Position numbers and translations under genes: made by a program. A DNA stretch of 63,847 bases, the filler included, from Octopus bimaculoides (taxonomy: Eukaryota): the NCBI RefSeq assembly GCF_001194135.2. It is 8 parts of 7 records of this genome, joined end to end, with 100 filler letters (N's around TTAATTAATTAA, not from the genome) between each part and the next. Parts side by side here need not be neighbours in the genome. Positions count along the whole stretch, not along the records: positions 1 to 17,507 come from NC_068986.1; 7 more parts are not named here. One strand, written 5' to 3'. Below, piece by piece: positions 1 through 10,965 of the stretch; positions within the stretch are counted from its first letter, which is position 1, and every line of letters begins with the position of its first letter. The notes under the pieces are model-generated. The model saw nothing but the letters and a program-made list of their open reading frames with translations, did no database searches and was not told the origin of the DNA.

Positions 1-134
1 GCCGTACGGCTTTTGAATGTTGTTTTCACTGTCCATTTTTTCCTGTCTTGGTTTGTGTTTGCCACCTTGGAATCCTCTGTATAGTGGGTTGATCCACTAC
101 TCAGGAAGAGACTATTCTAGAGTACGTTCTATCT

Positions 135-270
135 TGTCTTCGAAACGTCTAGATAGAATAGAGACAGCTGATGAAGGGATATTCCAAGTGGCTTTCCGTT
201 TTCCTATGTGTTCTTTCCGTTGTCTGTAGTTTATTGTTCTAACGTCCTGTACCCTGATATGCATGTATAT
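135..270 (+). repeat. Copy of an unclassified ~150-bp dispersed repeat (family X) carrying a TCTTCGAA...CTGATGAAG motif
   Basis: Shares TCTTCGAA, CTGATGAAG and terminal (AC/AT)GTCCTGTA..ATATG with 19715-19895 and 57500-57640. 10993-11040 is the reverse complement of part of the 57.5-kb copy. Confidence 0.55.
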
Positions 271-643
271 ACACATGTAGATGTAAGTATGAACATATAT
301 GTGTGTATACATGTATATATATTCTTTGTATTATATACATATATATACAAAAAGATAGATGATAGACAGGTAGAGAGAGAGAGAGAGATTTATATTAAAA
401 TGTATGTATGTACATATGTATGTATGTATATATGTATGCACGTATGTACGTATGTATGTATATACACTCACGTATATATATATATACATCCATTTATGTT
501 TGTGTATGTGTTATAATGTACTATAACAGATACTGCATATTATAAGATGTTTATTTCTAAGTTATATACAGTGTAAGCTAAAATCTATACAGTAGGGTAT
601 TAAACAACGTTGAATATGTGTATATATATATATATATATATAT
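270..643. repeat. Compound (TA)n/(TATG)n/(GA)n microsatellite running into an assembly gap (644-833)
   Basis: Seen directly in sequence. Confidence 0.9.
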
Positions 644-3109
644 NNNNNNNNNNNNNNNNNNNNNNNNNNNNNNNNNNNNNNNNNNNNNNNNNNNNNNNNN
701 NNNNNNNNNNNNNNNNNNNNNNNNNNNNNNNNNNNNNNNNNNNNNNNNNNNNNNNNNNNNNNNNNNNNNNNNNNNNNNNNNNNNNNNNNNNNNNNNNNNN
801 NNNNNNNNNNNNNNNNNNNNNNNNNNNNNNNNNTATATAATTTTTTTGCTTAGCAGCTAAAAATAACCCCAAACGCTTTTTTCTCTTTCATATCTAAATA
901 ACTCCGATATTACTTGCAACCTTCGCAGAGATGTAATTGGATGAATTCTACCCAAACGCTTTCATCATTATTGATAAATTGTCTATTAACCTAGACTGGC
1001 CCTCTTAACAATAGTTCGTTATCTTTTATATTTATTCCCCAGCTCTTGGAGTCGTAACTTAATTATAATACAACGAACCAATACGCTTTCTCTGATTTTC
1101 CTTATTCTTTTCTTTTTTTGTTTACTTATTTATGTATTTGCTTGATTTTTGTTATATTTTCTATTTGTTTTTGTTGCTGTTGTTAACTTAGTTTTATATG
1201 TTACCACTCATGTTCCCATTACGGTATCTTCAAATAGGAAGGTTACTTCTATTTGATTAACCCATGTACAACACAAGCCAAACGAAACAGCTTTATTTGG
1301 TTGCTCGATCTCTTAGAAACAGCATTAAAATCGTCTTGAAATCAATCATACATTTTTTATATTTAAAAAAAAAGTGGGTAAGATACGTTGGTTGATATAG
1401 TCCCAGATGCAGTATGGCTGAATGTTAAAATGCCTTTGATCAGTATTCTACTGGATCGAAGTTGACACCAAATTAAACAATCAACAAATATCTGTGCATC
1501 TTGGATTTGTCTTCGAGGATTTTTGATGTGGCTGAGGTTCAATTGATGAAAAAATGTAAGCTGTAATCCCTGAAATATATTCTTTGATAAACAACAACAA
1601 CCTTCAGATATATCTAATTGCCCTTACTCTCTCAACCAAAAAGCATATTCTTTTGATTTACAACTTAACACTCACTGAAAACTCTAAAGGTCTTGTGCGT
1701 GAAAAAAAATCCCCACCGTAATTCTTGTTTCATTAAGATATTTTTACTAGTTCGGCTTTCATTTCCTAATAGAATAGAATGTCATGCATTTAAAAATAAA
1801 TTGGTGTGTTGCCTGTAAAGATGGAGAACAATGCGATTATTACAACCTCGATATTCATTACGCAAACAGTGTACTCCTATCTCAGATGGAACGATTAGTA
1901 GCAAGTCGCCTGCTTTATTGCCTGCAATGATCAAGATTTGTTTTTAAATGTTATGATTGAGTCAGTGGAAATAAAAGGGCAGTACATATTAGCGTTTGTA
2001 GGGTTTCCAAGACTGCGAAGAGGATGGATAGAGAGGTAAACAACGGTTCATGTATTGATGTTGCATGAACCAACAAACTAAGATATCGTGTTATCCTCAG
2101 GCCGGAGACATGCCCCGAATCCTTGTAAAAGAAGAGACCCTGTTAACGACATCAAAGGATTAGGTGCTGGTGTTAAACCGAACGACAGATAAGGTCTACT
2201 CGCTGGTTCATTTAACAATGACGGATACTATGCAGTGTAAAATAACAATACGCTGCGTTAATTCACAGAAGCATTGTTGAAGCATGTGAATTAAGTTTTT
2301 ATATTTACAAATTAAAGTGCTGGGCTCAAGTTCGTATGGTTTATGTCAACCTGTTCTGTCAGAAAGAAGAAATACTGGTGTCGATATGAAATAAAACTGT
2401 ATCGCAGTTATATTCCTTGCAATCAAATACTAACCCCATCCCAACCCATTTTCATGTGCAGTGTGTGTCGTATTTCATCTCTATATTTTTGTAACTATTT
2501 CTTTTTTTTTTTTTCAAAGGGTTACATTTAACATCTGCATTTGGCTTAAAGAGTAACTCCCTGTTTCTTTCTTTCGAATTTAAATGTTGATTTCTTTTAA
2601 ACACTTTGCCTGTTCAAAGCATTTTCATAAACTTGTCCTGAACGTCCATGATTGTTTTCAGATATTTAGTTAGCCCTTGTCCAATACGTTCTAAATGATA
2701 TAAAGCTTTCCTTTCATAAATCCCAAGTTACTCTGGTGGTTGAAAAAAAATTGGGAATATGTTTCATACATGATGCATAGACTCGAGGTAAATATGTCCT
2801 ATGTATTATATGTGATGTACAGGACTAGCAAAGGGTTAATTGAGAAATTCATAGAGTGGGTGAATGAGATTGTGAAAGTTTCATTATTTTTCAAGGACAT
2901 CGACGGTGGAAAGGATATTTCCACTTCCTCTGTAAACTTGAGCTTTATTCTTGCACTCAGTAATTTTTTTTTTTTAATAGCATAGTTTAAATAGACTTCT
3001 TCATCAGAGTGTTTTGTTAAAAAATCTTTTTTTCTTTTGTGAAAACATCTCCAAAGTAATTTATCATCGTTTGAAGCAGCAATATTTATTTCTAACATAA
3101 GTACACAAT

Positions 3110-3510
3110 TTTGGAAAGACTATAACCGATTATGATCGACCAAGTTTCTGATTGATACTTATTTTATCGACACCAAAAGAATGAAAGGCAAAGTAAACTT
3201 TAGAGGAATTCAGACTCAGAACGTAATGACACCTAACTAGATATTTCGTCCAATGCTGCACGAATCTAGCGAATCCACCACCAGCAGTAGAAGCAATATT
3301 GATTTTTAATAAAGATACATGACCTCAACATTTGGAAGAGAGGAGTTGTTGATTAAATTGATCCAGTACTTAGTTGTACTTTATTTTATCGACCATAGAA
3401 GGATGAAAGCCAAAGTTCACCTTGAAAGGATACTAAATCAGGACGTAATGATCCGTAACTAAATACTACAGAGTCTTTTGTCAGCCGCTCTACTGAATCT
3501 AGGAATCTAT
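3110..3510 (-). mobile_element. Two adjacent decayed copies of tRNA-derived SINE family A (about 3110-3285 and 3315-3510)
   Basis: Both contain TTTTATCGAC..(G/A)ATGAAAG.CAAAGT, the reverse complement of the family-A central block ACTTTGCCTTTCATCCTTTCGGGGTCGATAAA, plus B-box remnants. Confidence 0.7.
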
Positions 3511-4136
3511 CTCTAGCTTTATTTTGATACCATCATAATAATGTCTTCAATGATATAAATAGAAATTGTTCAAATTATATTATTCGATGAATTTTTTTAC
3601 TCATAAATGCCAAGTTTCAATTTCTCTCTTATATTCAAATGTATTTCGCGTCTCTTTTATTTCTATCACAGTTGGAACATATTGAAGTAATGAAGAAAAA
3701 TCGAATGCAATAGCGTTTATTTATTTACTTTTTTTAATTTTCATCTTATTAATTACATGATTTAGTTATGTAATTTACTTCATCAACCAAACATTTTGTT
3801 TGTTCAAGGATTGATAAAAGAATTATTTTTCTAAAGCACAGCTTATGATGTTATGTTCCAATTGCTTCCTACGGGGATAAGGCAAAGCTTGGGTCATGCA
3901 TTTTGTATGAATCATAATTTTTGCTCTTAGGATATATATATTATATGCATTATACATATGTTATACACACACACACATATACACATACATACACATACAT
4001 ATAAGTATGTATTCACACATACACGCACACATATACACATACATATACATACATATAAGTATGTATACACACATACACACACACACACTCACTCACTAAC
4101 CCACTCACACTAATCTACTGGGTCGACTACACTTTT

Positions 4137-4177
4137 CTATGCTGACGAGTAAAATAGATGGAAACATATGTCCATAG
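4137..4177 (+). ncRNA. Minimal type-I hammerhead ribozyme motif with a decayed stem II
   Basis: CTATG-CTGACGA-gtaaaatagatg-GAAAC-ATAT-GTC-CATAG. Stem I is a perfect 5 bp, stem III is the palindrome ACATATGT, and the cleavage triplet is GUC. The G10.1-C11.1 pair is lost. Confidence 0.65.
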
Positions 4178-4554
4178 TTGTCCTTTGCTAGCAAACAAAC
4201 ATCAAACTGTATTCTTTACTTAAGTATGTAAGTTAATTTCAGAAATTAATTCTTTATTTCTTAAAATTATATCTCCTTTTCCTACAGAGTCACTAGCAAT
4301 TACAATTACATTTTAATCTTTCTGCATCTTGAAAAGATATTTCAATAACTAAAGAATTTATAGCGCGCTGTATTCCTTATATTGTCCCTCAACAGAATTA
4401 ACTAAATTCATGCCATTGGTCACTTGATTTATTTTCCTTTAGCTCTCTTTAATGTCAGTTATGCAATTTATTCTTGGCCAGGCCAAAATGTATACATGAA
4501 TGTTTTTTAAATGTGAAATTCTAAACACTAATTTATAGACCTGAGTAGACTGTA

Positions 4555-4596
4555 GTGTGCTGGCGAAATCAAATATATCGAAACATATGCCCAGAG
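4555..4596 (+). ncRNA. Second, more decayed copy of the same hammerhead-bearing repeat
   Basis: gtgtg-CTGGCGA-aatcaaatatatc-GAAAC-ATAT-GCC-cagag. Flanks are homologous to the 4120-4240 copy. Confidence 0.5.
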
Positions 4597-5819
4597 TTGT
4601 CTTTAACCAGCAAAGAAAAATCAGATCGTTTTCTCTCCCTATGTATGTAAATTAAGAGTGTAGTTTTGAACTTTAAAAATTCGGGGGTTCACTACATTAA
4701 ATATATTAGCACCGACATTATCATAGAATGAAACGAAACAGAAACTATTTATTTGCTTATGTATTTCCACTACTTTTGTATTTCTTTGATAATCACATGA
4801 AGTCAGTCATTTTGTTTGTGTCTTTAATAGTAGGGCGTGGTGAGACAGATGTTAACGGAGTGATGCTCATGCTCTTTTGAAAAGCATTTGTGACGTAATT
4901 AAAGTGAGACGCATAAAAACCAAATCACGAAGTTGAGTCGCTGTGAAGTTGCTTCTTACTCTACAACTCATTGTGACAGCTTTTCTTTCTCATCTTTCAT
5001 TGTTACAGACTTCGTGCTTGGCAATCAATAATGCAATTTCCAATGAAAAATACTATTTAAAAAATACATTCTGCTTACTAATATGTTTTATAATTTTAAA
5101 TTTGAGAGAGAAAAAATTCCATGAATGAGTTATCTTTTACTGCTATTGTTGGTCCTAAGTTTTTTTCTTAATATATTTTATATTTTTTGTAAATCGACGC
5201 AAGAGTTTTTCTTTGTTCTTAGTAAACTGAGAATCAAAATAATATTACATAAAATTACAATTGTGCTAACGTTTCAATAACTTGATTGTCTCCCTTTGTT
5301 CTTTTGTTCTGTTTTTTCTTATTCCTATATATTTCTTTTTTCCTTTCTTTTTCCTTCTCTCGTACACATTCACATCTACATATCTATGACTATATATCAC
5401 TCTACCCGACTGTCTATCTACCTATGTCTCTCTGTATACATACATACAAACATTCGTACATACATGTGGGGTGAGGAATGGAAAATATGAGATCTATGCC
5501 TGCGTAATTAATATGATGTAACAACATTCAAATTTTGAACATATAAATGGGATGAGAAATTAAGTGTCATGGCGTATCTGTCCTCAAAACAATACCAACG
5601 TATTTGGTGTTGATTAGCTTACAACCAGAAACAGAAACCATGTCACCGTATCGAGAAAACATAGTCTCTGGCTCAAACAACTCACCAATTATATGTTGGT
5701 TTCTTGGGGATTTTTTATGTGCTTAATCAAGAAAAAAGATCTGTGTCTTCTACCTTTATAGACAATTCCAGACTGATCGGTGACGCGGTCAAACGAGGAA
5801 AAACGTGGGCGAGAAATGG

Positions 5820-6175
5820 TTTTCGTTGCAACGCTGAAGCACTGAGGCATTTCTTCTGGCTCTTTTCGTTCTCAGTTGAGGTCGAATTTGTCTTCCATCC
5901 TTTCGGGGTGAATAAAATTTGTCTTTCATCCTTTCGGGGTGCATAAAATAAAGTACCAGTTGATCACTGGGATCGATATAAGCGACTATCCCCCTTCCCT
6001 AAAATTTCAGGCTTTGTATCTATAGTAGATTTTTCTGAGTTCAAATTCCGCCGATGTCGGCTTTTTTCATCCTTTCGGGGTCGATAAATTAAGTACTAGT
6101 GCGCACTGGGGTTGATATGACCGATTTAACCCTTCCCAAAAAATGTCAGGTCTTGTGCCTTTAGTAGAAAAGATT
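5820..6175 (+). mobile_element. Two tandem copies of SINE family A; the first has an internal 31-bp duplication
   Basis: GAGTTCAAATTCC B-box, TTTCATCCTTTCGGGGTCGATAAA central block, and 3' end CAGG.CTTGTGCC..TAGTAGAAAAG followed by an (ATT)n tail. Duplicated units start at 5885 and 5916. Confidence 0.85.
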
Positions 6176-6189
6176 ATTATTATTATTAT

Positions 6190-6220
<31 letters not shown>

Positions 6221-6263
6221 ATTATTGTTGTTATTATTATTATTAATGTTATTATTATTATTA

Positions 6264-6360
6264 TTATTACCTCCGCCTTAGCAAAGGCAAAGGTACTGTT
6301 TTCAGTCGTGTTTGTTTGTCCGTGGAGAAGTTATCTCAAGAACCGCTGGATGGGGGACTC
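6264..6360 (+). mobile_element. 5' fragment of a Helentron/DINE-1-like non-autonomous element (HINE)
   Basis: TTATTACCTCCGCCTTAGCAAAGGCAAAGGTACTGTTTTC..GTGTTTGTTTGT, homologous to the 5' end of 13555-14612. Confidence 0.65.
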
Positions 6361-6469
6361 ATTAAGTCTACTTTCCAAAGAATGCCTAAGAACCCAGATC
6401 TAGAACAAATACCACAAAACACCTCGTTCGACCTTCTAACAATTCTGACTATCCACCGTCTTGGATTAA

Positions 6470-6602
6470 TAGTTTATTCTATCGATCCTTTAAAGATGAA
6501 TAGATGTTAACATCAGAAGGATTTGAACTCAGAGCGCAGTTAGCCAGAACAAACACTGCAAAGTATTTTGCCCTACGTTCTAACGACTGTAAGCAATTTG
6601 CC
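6470..6602 (-). mobile_element. Decayed SINE family A copy
   Basis: GGATTTGAACTCAG (reverse B-box) and CTAACGA head remnant. Confidence 0.55.
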
Positions 6603-6689
6603 ATCTATTCAGGATTTAAGAGGATTGATTTTCTGAGGGAATAAGGTTTGGGTAAATGACTTACTGTAGGGTCAAGGTGGGGACAGCAA

Positions 6690-6840
6690 ACAGCATCTTT
6701 CCTCTTCTTCCTCCCCTCTTTCTCTTCTTCCTCCCCTCTTTCTCTTCTTCCTTCCTTGTCTTCCCTCTTACCTCTTCTTTCTCCTCCTCTCGGTCCTCCT
6801 CTTCTTCCTTTATCTTCTCTTCACCCTCTTCTTCCTTTTA
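6690..6840. repeat. Polypyrimidine (CCT/TCT)-rich low-complexity tract
   Basis: Seen directly in sequence. Confidence 0.85.
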
Positions 6841-7984
6841 TAATACTCATTTTTATCCTTTGCATATTTTTAATGACTTAGTCAAAGCCCATAACCATTT
6901 TCAGAAATTCTGGGATTGATGAGCAGAAGGTAGTAAACCACCACCAAATCGAAGCAATTTGATGATGGGCTCTGCTCCGAATCCTTGTAACAGAATGGGC
7001 TCCATTAAAGGCATCCCAAGACCAAATGATACTTATTAAACTAGGCGACAATTGCGTCTCTCATCTACGGATAGTCATAGTCATCCGTATGGACCTACAC
7101 ACAGTTTATGTCTTTTTAATTTCGTTCACATGGTTTTCTTCAACCAAAAGACACCGTAGATGTCACGCAATGGCTTAGATACCGGAACTCCTTAACCATA
7201 TAACTATATCAACATCTATGCCAGCTCATCCATACATAACCCTTACCCTAAACTTTCTCGTGGATTTCCTACTTACATGCAACCCTCCATATGATTAAAT
7301 AACATTTTTTTGAGAAGTGGATCACATGAGAAATTACTTATCAACAAGCAGACGCACTACTAAAAAATTTCAAAGTAATTTATTTATTAGGTGTGTCATT
7401 GAGAAAGTCCCGCGGGCCGTAGTTTTCCCATGACTGATATAAGCATTTGACTTTTATACGCTTGCTTCTATATGACAAACAGATTCATAAAAATAACACC
7501 TGAGTCATCTAGTATGATAGTCGCCTGGTTTCCTTTTTCATCTTGTGCCCATACGTCTAATTTATTAGCTTTTGACTCCTGAGGTCTGGGAGCTTCAGTA
7601 AACGAAGACATAAAAAATTCCAGTTTGTTAAATCAATTGAGATTAATTTGGTTCAGCGTATAAACGAGATGCAATTTTGATTATTAGGCTCTATCGATTA
7701 GTCCCGTCTGGAGACAGTTTAGATATTGATCGACTATTTAGATAAGATATGAGACATTTTGATGGAATTTTGGGTTACTTTTTTGTTATTTTGGGTGGGG
7801 GTGGAGGGTATTTGTTTTTTGACTGGTGTATTATATAATTTATAGATATGTTTGTTCTCTTTGTAAGTTCATACAGAAATAAAACAGAATTCAGAGTTTT
7901 TCCTTGAAGCCAAAACAAACAATTGGAAACGCGAATTGTTCGCTAGAGAATTGTTAGCGCCCATCGGATTCTGGTACTAGAATA

Positions 7985-8310
7985 CACACGCGTGTATTGT
8001 GTATACATACATAAATGCGTGCAGACATACTGACAGGCAGACATAAAGAAAGCCATATATATCCACACAGAAAGACAGACAGATATAAATAAGTATCCTT
8101 AAAGGAATATACACACAAATATGTATAAACCAATACGTACAATTACACACATTTACGTATACATAAACACATATATACACGCATACACTCCTCCACACAC
8201 GCATTTTAGCACTAACATATATGTGTGAGCATGTCTACGCGTACGTGCATGCGTGTGTGTGCGTGCGTGCGTGTGTGTGTGTGCGTGTGTGTGTGTGTGT
8301 GCGTGTGTGC

Positions 8311-8396
<86 letters not shown>
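7985..8396. repeat. Degenerate (AC)-rich tract followed by a long (GT)n
   Basis: Seen directly in sequence. Confidence 0.9.
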
Positions 8397-8397
<1 letters not shown>

Positions 8398-8459
8398 ACA
8401 GGCGACCAATTATCATTCGTTACAACATTAAATGGAGTGTCATGCGGTTATTGTTCAGA

Positions 8460-8545
8460 CAGTTAATGTCCTGCGTTCAAGTACTGCCGAAATCAACTTT
8501 GCCTTTCATTCTTCCAAGGTCGATAAAAAAAAAAGTGCCAATCTA
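8460..8545 (+). mobile_element. Partial SINE family A
   Basis: GCGTTCAAGTACTGCCGAAATCAACTTTGCCTTTCATTCTTCCAAGGTCGATAAA. Confidence 0.65.
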
Positions 8546-8796
8546 GGGCGGTGGAATGGCGTAACTGTAAATATCAATCGTTTATTACCAACACGCACTC
8601 ACACACCCACACACACACACATACATACACACACACATACACACACACATACACACACACACATACACACACATATATGTATGTATGTATGTATGTGTGT
8701 GTATGTATGTATGATTGTATATATGTGTGCGTGTGTGTGTGTTGATGTTTGTTAATATCAAGGATTTCTCAACGAATATATCTTTATTAAGCATTC

Positions 8797-8841
8797 ACAA
8801 GTCTGACGAAGGTAACGAAGCCGAAACTTCGAAGTCACTGT
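8797..8841 (+). ncRNA. Near-intact minimal type-I hammerhead ribozyme in a ~125-bp solo pLTR-like segment
   Basis: ACAAGT-CTGACGA-A-GGT-aacgaa-GCC-GAAAC-TTCGAA-GTC-ACTGT. Core intact, G10.1-C11.1 present, stem III is the palindrome ACTTCGAAGT, GUC triplet. Stem I has 3 bp, a bulge, then 2 bp. Confidence 0.75.
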
Positions 8842-8871
8842 CAACCGTTTTCTTCTAAAAGTTTAATAAAT

Positions 8872-8900
8872 ATGTGTGTGTGTGTCTGTATGTATGTATG

Positions 8901-8966
<66 letters not shown>

Positions 8967-8981
8967 TAGACATATATATAC

Positions 8982-9014
<33 letters not shown>

Positions 9015-9185
9015 TACATATATGTGTATATATACATATATATATACATATACATATATGTATATATATATGTATATATATATGTATATATATATATGTA
9101 GGTATATATATATATATATATATATAATACGAGTGCAAGCGAACGCGAGCGCGTGCAAACACACACACACACACACATACATACA
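8872..9185. repeat. Compound (TG)n-(TA)n-(CA)n microsatellite
   Basis: Seen directly in sequence. Confidence 0.9.
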
Positions 9186-9949
9186 AAGAAACGCGTTTAT
9201 ATTGGTATTGTACAATAACCCAAAGATATACAGGAAATTATCACAGAGATTAAGCCACACCATGACTTGATATAACTTCTGAAACATGACTAAACATAAG
9301 CTCATTATAATTATATAATTATTAAGAATATATGAAAACATCCATCTATCTTTCCTTCTATTTATCTTCCGCACACGCTGAGTGCATACTACACTCCACA
9401 TACATACACGCATATACATACACACACATACATACATGCATACACACATACATACATACATACATACATACATACATACATACATACATACATGCATGCA
9501 TACATGCATACACTAAAAACGAGAATATTTGTTGTTAATTGCTTAGAAACCTAAAGACAACTTCTTTCAACCAGATTATTAGTTCACCTTTGTACTCATA
9601 ATGCTGGTTATATTACTTAATGTCTAACTGATAATCTTAAAAAGATGAAGTTTTCAGGCTAAAAGGAGACATTTCACATCGTATTCTATAAATCTAGTCT
9701 GTGAAGAGAACAGAGAAAATAAGCAAACATTTTCGAAAATATGTAATTCTATACTGTTGTTCGTATCTAAATTACAATGAGCTAATGTCTTCTATTCTGT
9801 TTTTCTTTCTATAAGAAACCTGCTATTTCTGCAAAGGAAAATTTCAAAGAAATAAAAATAAGATTCATACATACATGCACACATACATAAATGTATGCAT
9901 ACATACGTAAATGTTTACAGTACATATATACTTACATGCATACATGCAT

Positions 9950-9994
<45 letters not shown>

Positions 9995-10669
9995 NNNNNN
10001 NNNNNNNNNNNNNNNNNNNNNNNNNNNNNNNNNNNNNNNNNNNNNNNNNNNNNNNNNNNNNNNNNNNNNNNNNNNNNNNNNNNNNNNNNNNNNNNNNNNN
10101 NNNNNNNNNNNNNNNNNNNNNNNNNNNNNNNNNNNNNNNNNNNNNNNNNNNNNNNNNNNNNNNNNNNNNNNNNNNNNNNNNNNNNNNNNNNNNNNNNNNN
10201 NNNNNNNNNNNNNNNNNNNNNNNNNNNNNNNNNNNNNNNNNNNNNNNNNNNNNNNNNNNNNNNNNNNNNNNNNNNNNNNNNNNNNNNNNNNNNNNNNNNN
10301 NNNNNNNNNNNNNNNNNNNNNNNNNNNNNNNNNNNNNNNNNNNNNNNNNNNNNNNNNNNNNNNNNNNNNNNNNNNNNNNNNNNNNNNNNNNNNNNNNNNN
10401 NNNNNNNNNNNNNNNNNNNNNNNNNNNNNNNNNNNNNNNNNNNNNNNNNNNNNNNNNNNNNNNNNNNNNNNNNNNNNNNNNNNNNNNNNNNNNNNNNNNN
10501 NNNNNNNNNNNNNNNNNNNNNNNNNNNNNNNNNNNNNNNNNNNNNNNNNNNNNNNNNNNNNNNNNNTAATAACGCCACACAGTGGACTTCTCAAAATAAC
10601 CACATTTAGTACCTAATGCGAGGAAAAACAACCAACAGAAGACGACCAACTTTCTTTTAAATAAACTTA

Positions 10670-10731
10670 ACTGTGTATCGACCGATTTCGCGATTACTAG
10701 AATGAATCTAGATTTCGTTCATCAGCACAGT
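10670..10731 (-). ncRNA. Type-I hammerhead ribozyme motif with extended stem II
   Basis: Minus strand reads ACTGTG-CTGATGA-ACGA aat CTAGA ttcat TCTAG taa TCGC-GAAA-TCG gt CGA-T-A-CACAGT. Stem I 6 bp, stem III 4 bp, AUA triplet. A10.1/C11.1 mismatch, one transition away from canonical. Confidence 0.7.
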
Positions 10732-10739
10732 ATTGTCCC

Positions 10740-10965
10740 AAAAATATATATAAATAAACAGAATTCTCACCTCACCAAAAACGAACACCCTACGTATCCG
10801 ACAGAGTAAAGGGAATGAAGTTTATCTGTATATATCTTCATCAAAGAAGCGGGAATACTTCCGGGTTGCTTCTGGGTACCCATGTGGAGACAGGAATAAA
10901 AATTCAACATTGAATATATTCCGTGTATGGTGAGGTGAGAATTCTGTTTATTTATATATATTTTT
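10740..10965. repeat. Perfect 38-bp inverted repeat (10740-10777 / 10928-10965) with a 150-bp spacer
   Basis: AAAAATATATATAAATAAACAGAATTCTCACCTCACCA and its exact reverse complement. Confidence 0.9.

Noticed and set aside
2105-2135. CCGAATCCTTGTAA shared with ~6978
   Set aside because: Too short to classify; probably an old repeat remnant.
2560-3100. Possible mariner-like C-terminal remnant on the minus strand (ORF 2799-3098)
   Set aside because: Only vague similarity after several assumed frameshifts; no clear motif.
7405-7437. hAT-like 3' end (CCCGCGGGCCGTAGTTTTCCCATGACTG)
   Set aside because: No matching 5' TIR or TSD found.
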